A DNA stretch of 64,000 nt, from NCBI RefSeq assembly GCF_000143415.4, contig NW_003314410.1:62001-126000 (forward strand), given 5' to 3'. This stretch comes from Selaginella moellendorffii (taxonomy: Eukaryota > Plantae > Lycopodiophyta). The notes under the pieces were generated by a model. The model was given only the letters and a program-made list of their open reading frames with translations. It searched no databases and was not told the origin of the DNA. Shown in pieces: positions 9,486-24,001 of the stretch; position 1 is the first letter of the stretch; every line of letters begins with the position of its first letter. The position numbers were made by a program, and so were the translations under genes.

Positions 9486-11861
9486 ATGGCTGCGGCACTG
9501 GTGCGCGCCTCCATTACGTCCATCCCATCTCCCTCCTCCTCCTGGCGCAAGCGCTCCTCTGGGAGCACACTCAAGCTCGAGGTAAGCAACAATCCAGAGC
9601 CGCCGCCGATTGTCGATAGCAGGATCCTCGCCTGGCTCAAGAACAACGGCAAGGACGCCGCCTCTTCCACATCGTCCTCCACCGATTTCGACGATCTGGT
9701 CGGGATCTTCTCGAGCTCCAGCAGCGAGGAGCGCGCCAGCGCCCTCGACAAGCGATGGAAGGAGGACGAGAAGAAGAAGAAGAAGAAGAAGCTCACGGCG
9801 GCGATGGTGGCCAGCGTCGTCGAGTCCCTCCCGGGCGTGAACCAAGCCGTGGCATTCTTCCATTGGGCCGGCGACCGATTCGATCACAACGAGCACACCT
9901 ACAACGCGCTGCTCAAGCTCCTGCTCGCCTCCAGCGGTGCCGAGCACGAGGCCCTCCGCCTCTTCCTCGCCATGCTCGACGCCGGCTACCCCTCCGACTC
10001 CTCCACCTTCGCGGTCGTGCTCCGCGGCCTCCACGCCTCGGCCAAGCTCCGCCACCTCGGTCCCCTCCTCCTGGACGAGATCCGCGACCGCGGCCTCTCC
10101 CCGGACCCGGTCGAGCTCAACACCATCCTTGCCGAGCTGTGCGACGCCCGCGACACCACCACCGCCATGGCGCTCTTCGACAAGATGGCGGAGCTGGGCG
10201 CCGTCAACCACACCACGTACTACAACCTCATCCACCCGCTGTGCAAGGCCCGGCTCCTGGACGAGGCCATGGGGCTGCTGCTTGACATGAAGTCGCGCGG
10301 CATGAACCCGGGGACGCTCCTCCACAACGTCGTCATCGGCGGGCTGTGCCGCGCGGGGCGCCTCCGCCACGCGCTGGGTGTGTACCGCCAGATGAACGAC
10401 GCCCACCCCCCGGACTTCCTCACGTACACCAAGCTCGTCCACGGGCTGTCCAAGGCGGGCCGGCTGCGCGACGCCGTCCAGGTGCTGCAGGAGATGGTGT
10501 CCGCGCGGCACGTCCCGGACAACACCACGCTCACCGTCGTCGTGCAGTCGCTGTGCCTGGGTGACCGCGTCGACGACGCGCGGGAGCTCGTCGAGGAGAT
10601 GCTCCACCGCGGCATGGCGGCGAACGCGATCACGTACTCGGCGCTGGTGGACGGGCTGTGCAAGTGCGAGCGGCTGGACGAGGCGGTGGCGCTGGTNNNN
10701 NNNNNNNNNNNNNNNNNNNNNNNNNNNNNNNNNNNNNNNNNNNNNNNNNNNNNNNNNNNNNNNNNNNNNNNNNNNNNNNNNNNNNNNNNNNNNNNNTGCC
10801 ACCCGGACATCATCACCTACACGGCGCTCATCGGCGGCTTCTGCAAGGCGCGCGACGTCGGCCGCGGCCTGGAGCTGCTGGGCGAAGTCACCCGCCGCGG
10901 CTTCACCCCGGACATCGTCACGTACTCCACCGTCATCGATGGTCTCTGCAAGGCGGGCCGGCTGCGCGACGCCGTGGACATCTTCGAGGAGATGAGCTGC
11001 GCGCCGACCGCCATCACCTACAACTCGCTCATCGGGGGCTACTGCCGGGCCGGGGACATGGACGAGGCGATCCGGCTGCTCGGGAAGATGGTGGACGACA
11101 ACTGCGCGCCGGACGTGATAACTTACACCACGCTCATGTCCGCCTTCTGCAAGATGGGCCGCCTGGACGACGCCTACGAGCTCTTCCAGCAGATGGTTGC
11201 CAACAAGCTCAGCCCCGACGTCGTCACCTTTACGAGCCTGGTGGACGGCCTGTGCGGCGAGGGCCGGATGGAGGACGCGCTGGAGCTGCTCGAGGAGATC
11301 ACCCGCCGGGGCTGCCCGCCGACCATCTACACGTACAACTGCGTCGTCGACGGCTACTGCAAGTCCAACCAGGTGCGCAAGGCCGAGGAGCTGGTGGCGG
11401 ACTTTCGGAGCCGCGGCTTCGTCCCCAACACCGTGACTTACAACATCCTCGTCGCTGGCTGCTGCCGGGCCGGGAGGACGGATCAGGCGCTCCAGTACCT
11501 GGACCAGCTCAACTCGGAAGGCGGCCCCTGCCCGACCAGCGTCGCCATGTACGCTATCATTCTCGACGCGCTGTGCCGGGACGGGCGGACGGACGACGCG
11601 GTCCAGTTCTACGAGGAGATGATCCAGAGAGGATATGTCCCTGCGGCTGCCACCTTTGCCACGGTTGTCTTTGCGCTGTGCAAGGCCCACCAGCCTCAGC
11701 AGGCTCACGAGCTTCTCGAGGAGATGATCAAGTATGGCCACACGCCGGGGCCTGGGACCTGTGACGCTGTCGTCTCTGCCTACTGCCGGGCCGGGATGAT
11801 CCAAAAGGCCGACGAGCTGGCCAGCGAGCTCAGGCTTTACACGGACAAGAGTTCTTCCTAA
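9486..11861 (+). CDS. P-class pentatricopeptide repeat protein, intronless, spans an assembly gap
   Basis: Many 35-aa repeats (PDIVTYSTVIDGLCKAGRLRDA...), Ser-rich targeting peptide, AVAFFHWA motif. Confidence 0.93.
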   Translation: MAAALVRASITSIPSPSSSWRKRSSGSTLKLEVSNNPEPPPIVDSRILAWLKNNGKDAASSTSSSTDFDDLVGIFSSSSSEERASALDKRWKEDEKKKKKKKLTAAMVASVVESLPGVNQAVAFFHWAGDRFDHNEHTYNALLKLLLASSGAEHEALRLFLAMLDAGYPSDSSTFAVVLRGLHASAKLRHLGPLLLDEIRDRGLSPDPVELNTILAELCDARDTTTAMALFDKMAELGAVNHTTYYNLIHPLCKARLLDEAMGLLLDMKSRGMNPGTLLHNVVIGGLCRAGRLRHALGVYRQMNDAHPPDFLTYTKLVHGLSKAGRLRDAVQVLQEMVSARHVPDNTTLTVVVQSLCLGDRVDDARELVEEMLHRGMAANAITYSALVDGLCKCERLDEAVALXXXXXXXXXXXXXXXXXXXXXXXXXXXXXXXXXXCHPDIITYTALIGGFCKARDVGRGLELLGEVTRRGFTPDIVTYSTVIDGLCKAGRLRDAVDIFEEMSCAPTAITYNSLIGGYCRAGDMDEAIRLLGKMVDDNCAPDVITYTTLMSAFCKMGRLDDAYELFQQMVANKLSPDVVTFTSLVDGLCGEGRMEDALELLEEITRRGCPPTIYTYNCVVDGYCKSNQVRKAEELVADFRSRGFVPNTVTYNILVAGCCRAGRTDQALQYLDQLNSEGGPCPTSVAMYAIILDALCRDGRTDDAVQFYEEMIQRGYVPAAATFATVVFALCKAHQPQQAHELLEEMIKYGHTPGPGTCDAVVSAYCRAGMIQKADELASELRLYTDKSSS
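10697..10796. other. assembly gap (100 N)
   Basis: Run of N. Confidence 1.
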
Positions 11862-12167
11862 CTGGAAGAACACCAGAAAAAAGCGCATCATTAAAGAATC
11901 GAAAGAATAGTGTACCAGTTTGAGATTAGTTGAGAAAAGAAAAACAATCGCGGCGCGGGATCAAGCTTTTTCCTTGTTCGCGCGCCCCGCCGGCCTCAAT
12001 GCAGTTGAGGCCGAAAGAATGAAATGCTAGCTAGAAGCTAAACAGGAACTTCCAAACAAGCTAAGTGGTGATCAACCAAACAATGAATTTGTACAGACGC
12101 ACCTTGCGAGGATAAGCAATCGACCGATGATCACGTGGCCAAAAGAATGGTTAAAATCAATCCCGTG

Positions 12168-15557
<3,390 letters not shown>

Positions 15558-17277
15558 AATCCCGCTAGCACCAATTCATCGCTCGATTCCCCGACGGCGC
15601 CGCGGCAATCCCCCCAAAATTTCCCCTCGCGAGCGCGATCCAGCTGACGAATCGGTTACCTGGACGCGCCGCCAGATTTCTCGGCGCCAGCGCCTGCTTC
15701 TCGCCGCCGAGCCGCGCATCGCCGAAAGAAACCTAACCGATGCTTGCGTCGGAGGCGCGCATCCAAGCGGCAAGAGCAAGACTGACCGGGAGAGAAAGGG
15801 AAATATTTTTTACCTAGGAAGACTAGGGGCAAGGGAAAGGCGCAGGGCAATGCACGCCATGCTCGTCAAAAAAGGCGGACACTCCACACACACCGCAGCC
15901 GGCCGACGCGGTATGCCGCAAAACGCACACACACAAACGCACGAATGGAACAATGCCAGACGGCGGACGCAAACTGACGGCGTTTTAAACTCGCGGCGGG
16001 GGGCTGCCAACGGCCAGGGCCAGCCGCGCTGCCACGCGGACGGCGCCGATGGGGCTCCACACGGAATATGCGGCCAAACCCACGGTCGTTTTACCGGTTT
16101 GTATGCGCGTAGACGCTGACACGAGTCACAACACGGCGGGAGAGAGGAAGGAATCTCCTGCCAAACCGGCAGCGAATATCCCTCGCTCGCTACCTCTTCC
16201 TCTTACTTTAGCTGGAGAGTCGATCGAGATCCCCGTGTGTAGGAGATTAAAGACGAGCAGCTTAAACGCTTGATATAAAAAGCAAAAAAGTAACATTCTT
16301 TGCCCTTTTTCCTCTCTTTTTTTTCCTCTCTCTCTCTCTCTCTCGCCTTTTTTTTTTCGCTTTCCCTGTCTGTCGTCCTCCAGACTAGTTCCAGTCTCTC
16401 ATCACCCCTTTCCATGGATAAGACCCTTTCTCTGGATCCAATGCGCCGGTCTGATGCAAAAGTTTGGTGGTGAGAGCGACCGAACCAAACGCAACCAAAC
16501 CAAACCCACCGATTAATCGTGTATGGCTTTAGCGTCACCTACAAAACCTGCGACGAACAGGAGAGAAACACAAGCTTTTAAACATTCCCGAATAGAATAA
16601 AACCTTGGAAAAGCAAGAGTACCTTGCAACAGTGGAAGCACCAAGGCATGATAATAGAAGAACTTCTCCAGAAGCCACATCACGTACTTGGAATATCAGA
16701 GCTTGGGCCGAAGGAAGAAGTGCCACTTTGATGTTTCAGAAGCAACGGGGTGGGCGGCAGCGCAGTGGCAGCACTTGTGATGATCACTGTGGGACTAAAG
16801 TCGGGCCCCCGAATTCACGTTCCAATCATGTGCTCGCGATTCCTGAGGTCCTGTGGATAAATTCATAAACAAACAAGGCTCCCGGACAGTGTCATATCAC
16901 CTCCTGTGCGTCTGATTAGAACCGAAAAGAAATGCGAGAAAAGCTTAAAGACCGGCTTCGTTGGCAAAGGTTTACTTCGTCCTGGGAAAATTCTTCTCAA
17001 TCATACAAAAGTCAGTGGCGAGAGAAGCATCGCAAGCAAAACTAAACAGGAAATTCCATACCAGATATCCACGCAGGCTAAAGCGCGAAAACCGGTGGCT
17101 GTCTGTCTTGAGGTATGTTCCACGTAAAAACAATCTGCTCCTTAAAAAAAAGCACGTAAGAACCAACAAAGACGTGACTTGTCCATCCAAAGCGTTTCCG
17201 CGAAAGGCAGTACACGGTGTCGTACTTAAAAACCTGCGCGGAGCGAATCTATACATTATAGACAGTGGAGTCATACC

Positions 17278-18177
17278 TCACACCCGCTCTTTTTCTTTCT
17301 CCTCGACTTGCTTCAGGAGCCTGGATTTCTCTTCGAGTTCCCGCTGAAGCTCCTCTTCCCAAAGTTCTTCACGAGCTTCTATCTCTTCCCTTTCAGTCTG
17401 TGTATCGAAGTTTAAGCGTTCTGTTAGAAACTGATTTTTGTTTTCTACACTTGCCTTGTCATATTGCCAGTGAACGGATCCATCACCTCCGGCACGACGA
17501 TAATCGTCTCCATCATAGTAAGGATCCTAGAATTGCGTTACGTAAGAAGAATAAAAAATGCTTTAGCTCAAGCTTTTACAAACGAAGCACGAACTTACAA
17601 TCATGGAGCCAGCAACGCAGCACCCGAACGAGAACAGGATCGCAATAAACATATCTGGAAAGAAAATCAGCAGTTCCCGATGACAAGCTGTATCTATTAA
17701 TACGCTTACACATGTTTTTTATCTCTTGCTCGCTCATCACCCAGGTGTTGAAAACTTCTTCGACAGGTCTGGTGGTAGCAAGCGTGAATAAGCCTATTAG
17801 ACTGAAAGAATGTAGCCTGAATTCCGTGTGCTTTTTAGACTTCTGGAGAGAAACTTCCGTTAGGAATGAGAAATACAAACAATATAGAAATGAATGCAAA
17901 CCTTTGCTCGTTCGAACTGCTTGCATTTTGCCGAAACATTACATCCAGACTTCTTCAGCGCACCCGGGAGACTAGAATTCAAGCGCTGGAATTTGAAAAA
18001 CACCACAGAGCGGCCATTGAATGAGCCACACAGTGATTTTCATCACGTTGTTCTTTAGAGCATGAAATTTGGTACCTCCATTTAGTTCATTCTTTCGCAT
18101 ACCTGTGATGCCGTATCAATGCAACCCTTGACGACCGGTGTGGAGCATGTATTGCAAGGCGCCATTGCCACAGCCAT
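17278..18177 (-). CDS. PNSB4: photosynthetic NDH subcomplex B subunit 4 (NDF6), multi-exon, not visible as a single ORF
   Basis: Spliced translation ...WVMSEQEIKNMYMFIAILFSFGCCVAGSMIDPYYDGDDYRRAGGDGSVHWQYDKTEREEIEAREELWEEEL... matches the PnsB4 signature (IKNVYMF, DPFYD..EYR..GGDG, ELWREEL); transit-like N-terminus MAVAMAPC. Confidence 0.88.
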
Positions 18178-18326
18178 TACCCAATCACTTGCTTCCGTGG
18201 CCTTCTGCTGTAAAACATGTGGCATCCTTTATTCGTCCACATAAGCTGGTTAATTGTTGATAAGTGGAAACAAAAGCTCACTTGTTTCTTTGGCCACAGC
18301 CTTCTTCTTACAATGCATATTTCATG

Positions 18327-19303
18327 CTAGCCAAGACGTGCCTCTCGTCTCAAAACCTGCCAGAATTTTTACGCCGCAAAGGATTAAAAGCTAGAACCGC
18401 AGGGACGATGCTTTATCTTACCTCCTCGGAAAATTTGATTAGAATTGTTGTCCTTGGCCGACTCTGGCCTTCCATTGGTACGTAATGAGCCGTTACTCTC
18501 GCAGGAAATCCAGCACCTTCCAACACACCCTGCGAGGAGAGAAAACCTCAGAATTTTTACTTGAAATGAGACATCTATGCCCAACCTTTACAATACCCGC
18601 GACATATGCTCCGCAGTTAAACGCTCCCATGTCCTTGGGCACTGAGATGTATCTAAAAACCATGGCAAAATTAATGCGTTTTTTCGCAGCACAAACTTCC
18701 AGAGAAACTTACTTGTTCACGAGAAGTTCTTTCTCGCTGATCATGTACTCGTCGTCGTGCTCCGTGCCTTTTTCCAACGAGTCGGCAACCTATTCGGAGA
18801 GATCACTTCTACTTGCCTGAAAGAAAAACCACGAGACTTACCTTTCCAAAGAGAGACTTCCAGACGGTGGTGTGGACAAAAGATAAGATTCCTAGCAATC
18901 GTATCTCTCGTTTGTTACCCTATGCGAGAGTTAAAACAAAAAATTAACACGTCTACTAGAGATTCTTACCTTCTCTCTGTGACACAAAAGCTCGAGGAAA
19001 CGGAGACCAACGCCATATCCCTGATCCTCCAATCTTTGAGAGACTTCCATCACATACATTCTCACAGTGAAGCATCGAGATTTTTTACCTGCGCTCGAGC
19101 TCTGCGATGTTATCTACTCGCGTCTGGTTGTACTGCACGATCTCGGAGAACAAAAACGAGAGAGCATTCACACTGACCTGGAAATGCGATCTTGTGCTTG
19201 CATTCTATGAGATCAAGATCATCGTGCTTACCTCGGATTTGCCCTTCCCAAGACGCCGGTCCACGACATTGACGATCTGCTTCACAGCTCTGGCGCCTAT
19301 CAT
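18327..19303 (-). CDS. TRAPPC5: TRAPP complex subunit 5 (Trs31), multi-exon
   Basis: MIGARAVKQ...KGKSEVSVNALSFLFSEIVQYNQTRVDNIAELERRLEDQGYGVG...DSLEKGTEHDDEYMISEKELLVN...TTILIKFSEEVLRREARLG*. Confidence 0.95.
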
Positions 19304-19555
19304 CGCAAGAACCCTAGAAGTAGCTGGCAGGAATCGAGCTCACGACCTCCCTAGAAAGCGAACACGTGGCGAGCTGTCGAGTTGTCCAGATGTGAAAGGT
19401 TAGGGCTAGAGAGGCGCTCGGGAATTGCAAGGTATTCGCTCCTGTCCTGCCTCGACATGAAAACTAGAAACTCCCCACTCCAGTCACTCAAAATTCTCCA
19501 TTCGTCTTCGTCAATTTGTGGATGAAGGAGTTGGGATCCAAAAGAGAAAACCGCA

Positions 19556-19708
19556 ATGTTTTGGGAAATCTTCGCGGGCGTGAAGCCGACGGTGGCGCTG
19601 CGAGCTGCCGGAGCGATCCTGCTCGTGGCAGCTGCCAAGGTCTCCAACGCGATCAAGGAGAATGGAAGCAAACGCTACGAATTGATCAGCACAAGTGATT
19701 CCATGTAG
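19556..19708 (+). CDS. candidate 50-aa single-pass microprotein
   Basis: MFWEIFAGVKPTVALRAAGAILLVAAAKVSNAIKENGSKRYELISTSDSM*; GC3-rich codons in an otherwise unexplained GC island. Confidence 0.4.
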   Translation: MFWEIFAGVKPTVALRAAGAILLVAAAKVSNAIKENGSKRYELISTSDSM

Positions 19709-19751
19709 CGATCAGGACAAACCAATGTAAAAAGTACATTGCAATTAACTT

Positions 19752-19823
19752 TGCCCCCGCAGAGGGTTGAACTCTGGACCTCCAGTTTACAAGACTGGCG
19801 CTCTACCACTGAGCTACAAGGGC
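19752..19823 (-). tRNA. tRNA-Thr(UGU)
   Basis: GCCCTTGTAGCTCAGTGGTAGAGCGCCAGTCTTGTAAACTGG...GTTCAAC...CGGGGGCA cloverleaf. Confidence 0.96.
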
Positions 19824-20671
19824 ATTTCGCATAAAACCCTTTCGACAAAAACGTCTTTCTCAGTCCTGCCCTGCGCGATTAATTAACGCAAGCATTGTGA
19901 AGGGAATATATTACAACGAGACAATGTATAGATACGGCTGTCAGTGGAGATTTCGCTATAATCCATGGCCATGCATCACACCCATAGCATTCTATGTATG
20001 TAACGCATAGCCTAGAGCTATATATCATAGTCGCAATCATGAATCATGCAACATGTCACAATGCATGATGGGGGCAAAATGCGAACTATGTCATGCCATG
20101 CATCACACACCATTGCACTACATTCAAAGCGTGTGTGATGGATGGGACCTCTCGCTCTCTCTCGCACACAAGATCCCTGGAAGAAATCTTAGGTTTGAGC
20201 AACGGATCTTCTTCCAGGTGTGTAGAAACCCTTGCCTTGGAAGTGTTGTTTGCGAAGTTCTTGCGAGTTCTTTCGTGGGTGTGAGAAGTTCGTGACAGAA
20301 ATGCCATAGCCTTGGAGGTTTTTGCGGTCGATCAAGTCCTCCGCCTTTGTCTCTGTGTCGATTATCGGAGCTGGGCTCCCTTTTTTTTTCTTTCTTGATG
20401 AATGGTTTTTTCCTGGAAAACAGTGCAGACTGCTGCATCGACTGAATAGTTCTCGCCCACCGATCGAGACAAACAAAGTTTTTATGTCGGAGAAACTTTC
20501 ACAGTCGCTCAGGAGCTTTTCTTTATTTTCGCTGTTCATCCTCTTTCTGTGATGACTACTGCTTTCCTTTTGCTAATGGCAGTCCTGTGCTTTTGTCTGC
20601 AGCTTCAATCATTTTGAGAACATCTCCATTGCCTCTGGATGTTTTCTAAGAAGTAGCAACCACAGTTTGTG

Positions 20672-23167
20672 ATGGGATCTCTCGATCTCGATCAGTCGTT
20701 CGAGCGGCTCGGGGATTCTTTCAGGTGTCTCAGCCTGGACGCGCGCAAGGAATTTAGCCTCGTGAACTCGGTGAAGCTCGTCATCGAGGACTTCCATTCG
20801 GAGGGCTCTCAGGAAGACAACGCTAGTGGCAGCAAACCAGGAGATTCTCTCGGAGCTCTCGAAGGTTGGCCTCTTTTCTTCTTGCTTTACTTCCTCCTCT
20901 TAAAGCTGAATAAGACTTTCTCGCCAGGAGAGCTCATTCTACTCAAGGCAGCTTTTGCTCTGTCGAATGTTAACAGAAGGCTGAGCCTCGGCAAGCTACT
21001 CGATCTCCAAGGTATGCTTCTGCTTCTTTTTGCTTCTTCTTTTTTCTTCTTTCGTCTTTCCGGCCTTGTTGTTGATAATACCTGTTTAATGCTAGCTTTG
21101 CAGGGAATGTACGAGTGTTTTGCAGAGTGAGGCCTTATCTCCCTCACGAAAATGTCGCCCATGCCTGCGAGGTTGTCTCTCCGACCGAGGTTCGCGTCTC
21201 TTCCAACGGGGAGCCTTCCAAAACGTTCAAGTTTGATAAAGTATTTTCTCCCTCGGCCTCGCAAGGTACGAACATTTTTCATTTCTCGAGATGTAGATTC
21301 TGAAGAAACTTGCTTCAATTCTTGCAGAGGATGTTTTTCTGGACGTGCAGCCGACTATCAAGTCTGCTCTGGACGGCCACAACATTTGTATATTCTCTTA
21401 CGGCCAAACAGGCACTGGGAAGACTTACACAATGGTAAGCACGCTCTGGAAGTGTTCTTCATTTCTCTCAATGCTAACAGTCGAGTGATAAGCAGGAAGG
21501 CCAGAAAGGAGCCCCTGGAATTGTTCCTCGGACACTGCAGCAGCTTTTCAAGGACAAGAATTTGCCAACCAGTGACTATCGCTTCACTTTGAGCATGTTG
21601 GAGATTTACAAAGGAACACTGCGTGATCTTCTGGTTCCTCGGCCGACGCGACTAACAGACCCTCCAGCAAAAAGGTTTGTCTCTGTGACATGATCATTAT
21701 ACGTTCTAAGCCGCTTTTCTTTGTAGCTTGAATATTCATCTGAGCGTTTCGGATCACGTAGAGGTCGAGAACCTGACGGAGTATGTGATAGACAATCTCT
21801 CAGACGCTCTCAAGTTTTACAGGAAAGGTACTCGTGCCAGATCCACTTCGTCCACAAGCTCAAATGAAAGCTCCAGCAGATCACACTGGTTCGATTTCCT
21901 CTTTTCTTCTATTTTTCGTGTATATAGGCTTGACAATATTGATCGTGCAGCTTGGTTCGAGTAAACATTGTTCGCAAGTCCCAGTTAGATAAAGTCTCGA
22001 GAAGCAAAGTGTGGCTTATTGATCTCGGTGGCAGCGAACGCTTCTTCAAAACCCAGGCATGGGGTAAGGTTTTGGAGGAAGGCAAATCCATCAACGTCTC
22101 CCTCACTGCACTGGGAGACGTGATCAGTGCTCTACAAAAAAAGCAAGCACACATTCCTTACAGGTATGCATAGAGCCCTTACTATAGCTCGAATGGTATC
22201 ACAAACATTTTGCTTCTCCAGGAACAGCAAGCTGACGCAAATTCTTCGGGATTGCCTCGGTAAGGAAACTTGTTCTTTTTCATTTTTTCGGTTCTTTTGA
22301 TTGTTTTTTGTCTGTAGGATGTAACTCCAAAGTTGTCATGTTCGTCCATGCAAGTCCCAGGGAGGAGGACTCGGCAGAGACCATTTGTTCCTTGACGTTC
22401 GCAGCTAGAGCGCGAGGAATTCACTTAAGTCGCGACTGTGCAGCAGTAAGATTTTATTTATTTGTTGTTCTTTCTTTCAACCTTGAGGTGATCTCCTTCC
22501 ACAGAAATCCCGGGAGCGAGAAGCGCGGATCTCCAGCATCGTCCAGAAAATGGAGGCTCTGGAAGGTGAGTGCCAGCGCCTAAGTGTCGATATCCAGGCT
22601 CTCGAGTCGACCATCAACGAGAAGAAAAGAAACTCCACACGTTTCAGTGACGCTCATCAGCTCCTCGAAAGCTCTGACCATCGCAACGACAAGCTAACCT
22701 GTGCGGTTACGACGAATCCATCTCCAAGTACACCATCTTTGCCGAGGTTTATGACACCGACGATAAGCAGCCTGTGCAAGAACCGGTGCGCGTTGCAAGA
22801 GTTCAACGAGCCAATCTGGCCGGAAAGCCTGCTCGCCAAGAAGATCAAGAGCTTCGCTAGCTCGGACTCTCCGCAGATTTCCATCGATCTGGGAAGAAAA
22901 CGCGCTATAGTTCCCGCTTCTCGGCAAAGGATTCATCATCCACAGCAGCAGCAGCAGCAGCAAGTAAGAAATCCGGCTCTCATGACTCCAAATGGACAGG
23001 AGGAAGACTCGAGCACTCCAACAAAGGCTGCTCTAGCATCCAGATCTAGGAGCGCAGCTCATGTGAAATGGAGCAAAGAAGAGATGGAGCAGCAACGATC
23101 GTCGAGAACTAAGATCCAGAGGCGGCTCACACTGGAGTGCTCTAGCCGATTGAGCGTCAACTTCTGA
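20672..23167 (+). CDS. kinesin-14 family motor protein, multi-exon
   Basis: Neck [19 protein letters not shown]-loop [42 protein letters not shown]; C-terminal coiled coil, PRFMTPT and poly-Q. Start codon uncertain. Confidence 0.9.
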
Positions 23168-23330
23168 TCAAGCATAAGCTTAGGAAACTACGACCTTTCT
23201 CTATAGTTTGTGCTCGAGTTTGTAAACGAGTTTTCTTGTAGCCAATAACTTCTGATCAAGCGAGCCTAGGAGACTACCATCTTTCTCCAAGTTTGTGCTT
23301 GAGTTTATTACAGAGTTTTCTTGTGCTCAT
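23158..23330 (+). repeat. ~88-bp degenerate tandem duplication covering the kinesin stop and 3' UTR
   Basis: AACTTCTGATCAAGC...TAGGA.ACTAC..CTTTCTC...GTTTGTGCT.GAGTTT...GAGTTTTCTTGT occurs twice. Confidence 0.8.
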
Positions 23331-23378
23331 GATCCATATGATTTTCAGTAGTTTTCCCGGACTATATCAAAGCTATGT

Positions 23379-23401
23379 GAGAGAGAGAGAGAGAGAGAGA
23401 G
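23379..23401. repeat. (GA)n microsatellite
   Basis: Perfect GA run. Confidence 0.95.
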
Positions 23402-23443
23402 TGTAAGAAAAGTCAAGTATAGTCAAATGTGGTCAGCACGAGT

Positions 23444-24001
23444 CTAGCAGTCTAGCCTGTAGAAGATGTTCCAGAAGAGCACAAGTCCGCCAGGCTCGTT
23501 GCCCACGGTGGACACCGTCGCGTATCCTCGCGCGCAACGAAACTCGCCACTCCCCCCAATCACGGCGAGCTCGCGCTGGGGATCCAGGAAGGGATTCTGG
23601 CCATGGAGGCTGATGCTCCCGGCGCGGCCAAAGATCTCCACCGTGGCGCTCTGGAGCAAGCTCAGCGCGGAGAGGGAATCGAAGGTGAACATCCCGCGCA
23701 TTCTCCCGACCCTGGCGGATTGGATCGAGGGCGATCGCGTGAGCAGATCGTCGAACACCGCGACGACGCCGAAGTAAGTGTCGTTGTTGATCTGCGGCGT
23801 GGTGACGAAGGCGGTGGTGGGATTGGAGCCCGAGGTTTGATCGTGCATGTAGAACTGGAGGATGCTCCACGGCCGCTCCATTCGCCCGCTAATGGCTTGA
23901 TCGTCGTTCTCACGCGGCGCCGCTGCTATTGGATCGCTGGTGCCCGATGGCGCCAATGCGAGTAGCGCGAAGAAGAGGATCGCGAGAGAAGAGGGAGCCA
24001 T
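23444..24001 (-). CDS. dirigent protein, intronless
   Basis: Signal peptide, LQFYMHD, FGVVAVFDDLLT, VGRMRG, RELAVIGGSGEFRCARGYA. Confidence 0.93.
   Translation of the reverse strand: MAPSSLAILFFALLALAPSGTSDPIAAAPRENDDQAISGRMERPWSILQFYMHDQTSGSNPTTAFVTTPQINNDTYFGVVAVFDDLLTRSPSIQSARVGRMRGMFTFDSLSALSLLQSATVEIFGRAGSISLHGQNPFLDPQRELAVIGGSGEFRCARGYATVSTVGNEPGGLVLFWNIFYRLDC

Noticed and set aside
9477-11891. 804-aa antisense ORF over the P-class PPR
   Set aside because: Shadow ORF produced by extreme GC3 codon bias; no recognisable domain. The same applies to antisense ORFs over MFP1, the PLS PPRs, GalAK and BAHD.
16777-16846. Possible box C/D snoRNA (GTGATGA...CTGA)
   Set aside because: Weak terminal stem and no rRNA/snRNA antisense element that I could recognise.
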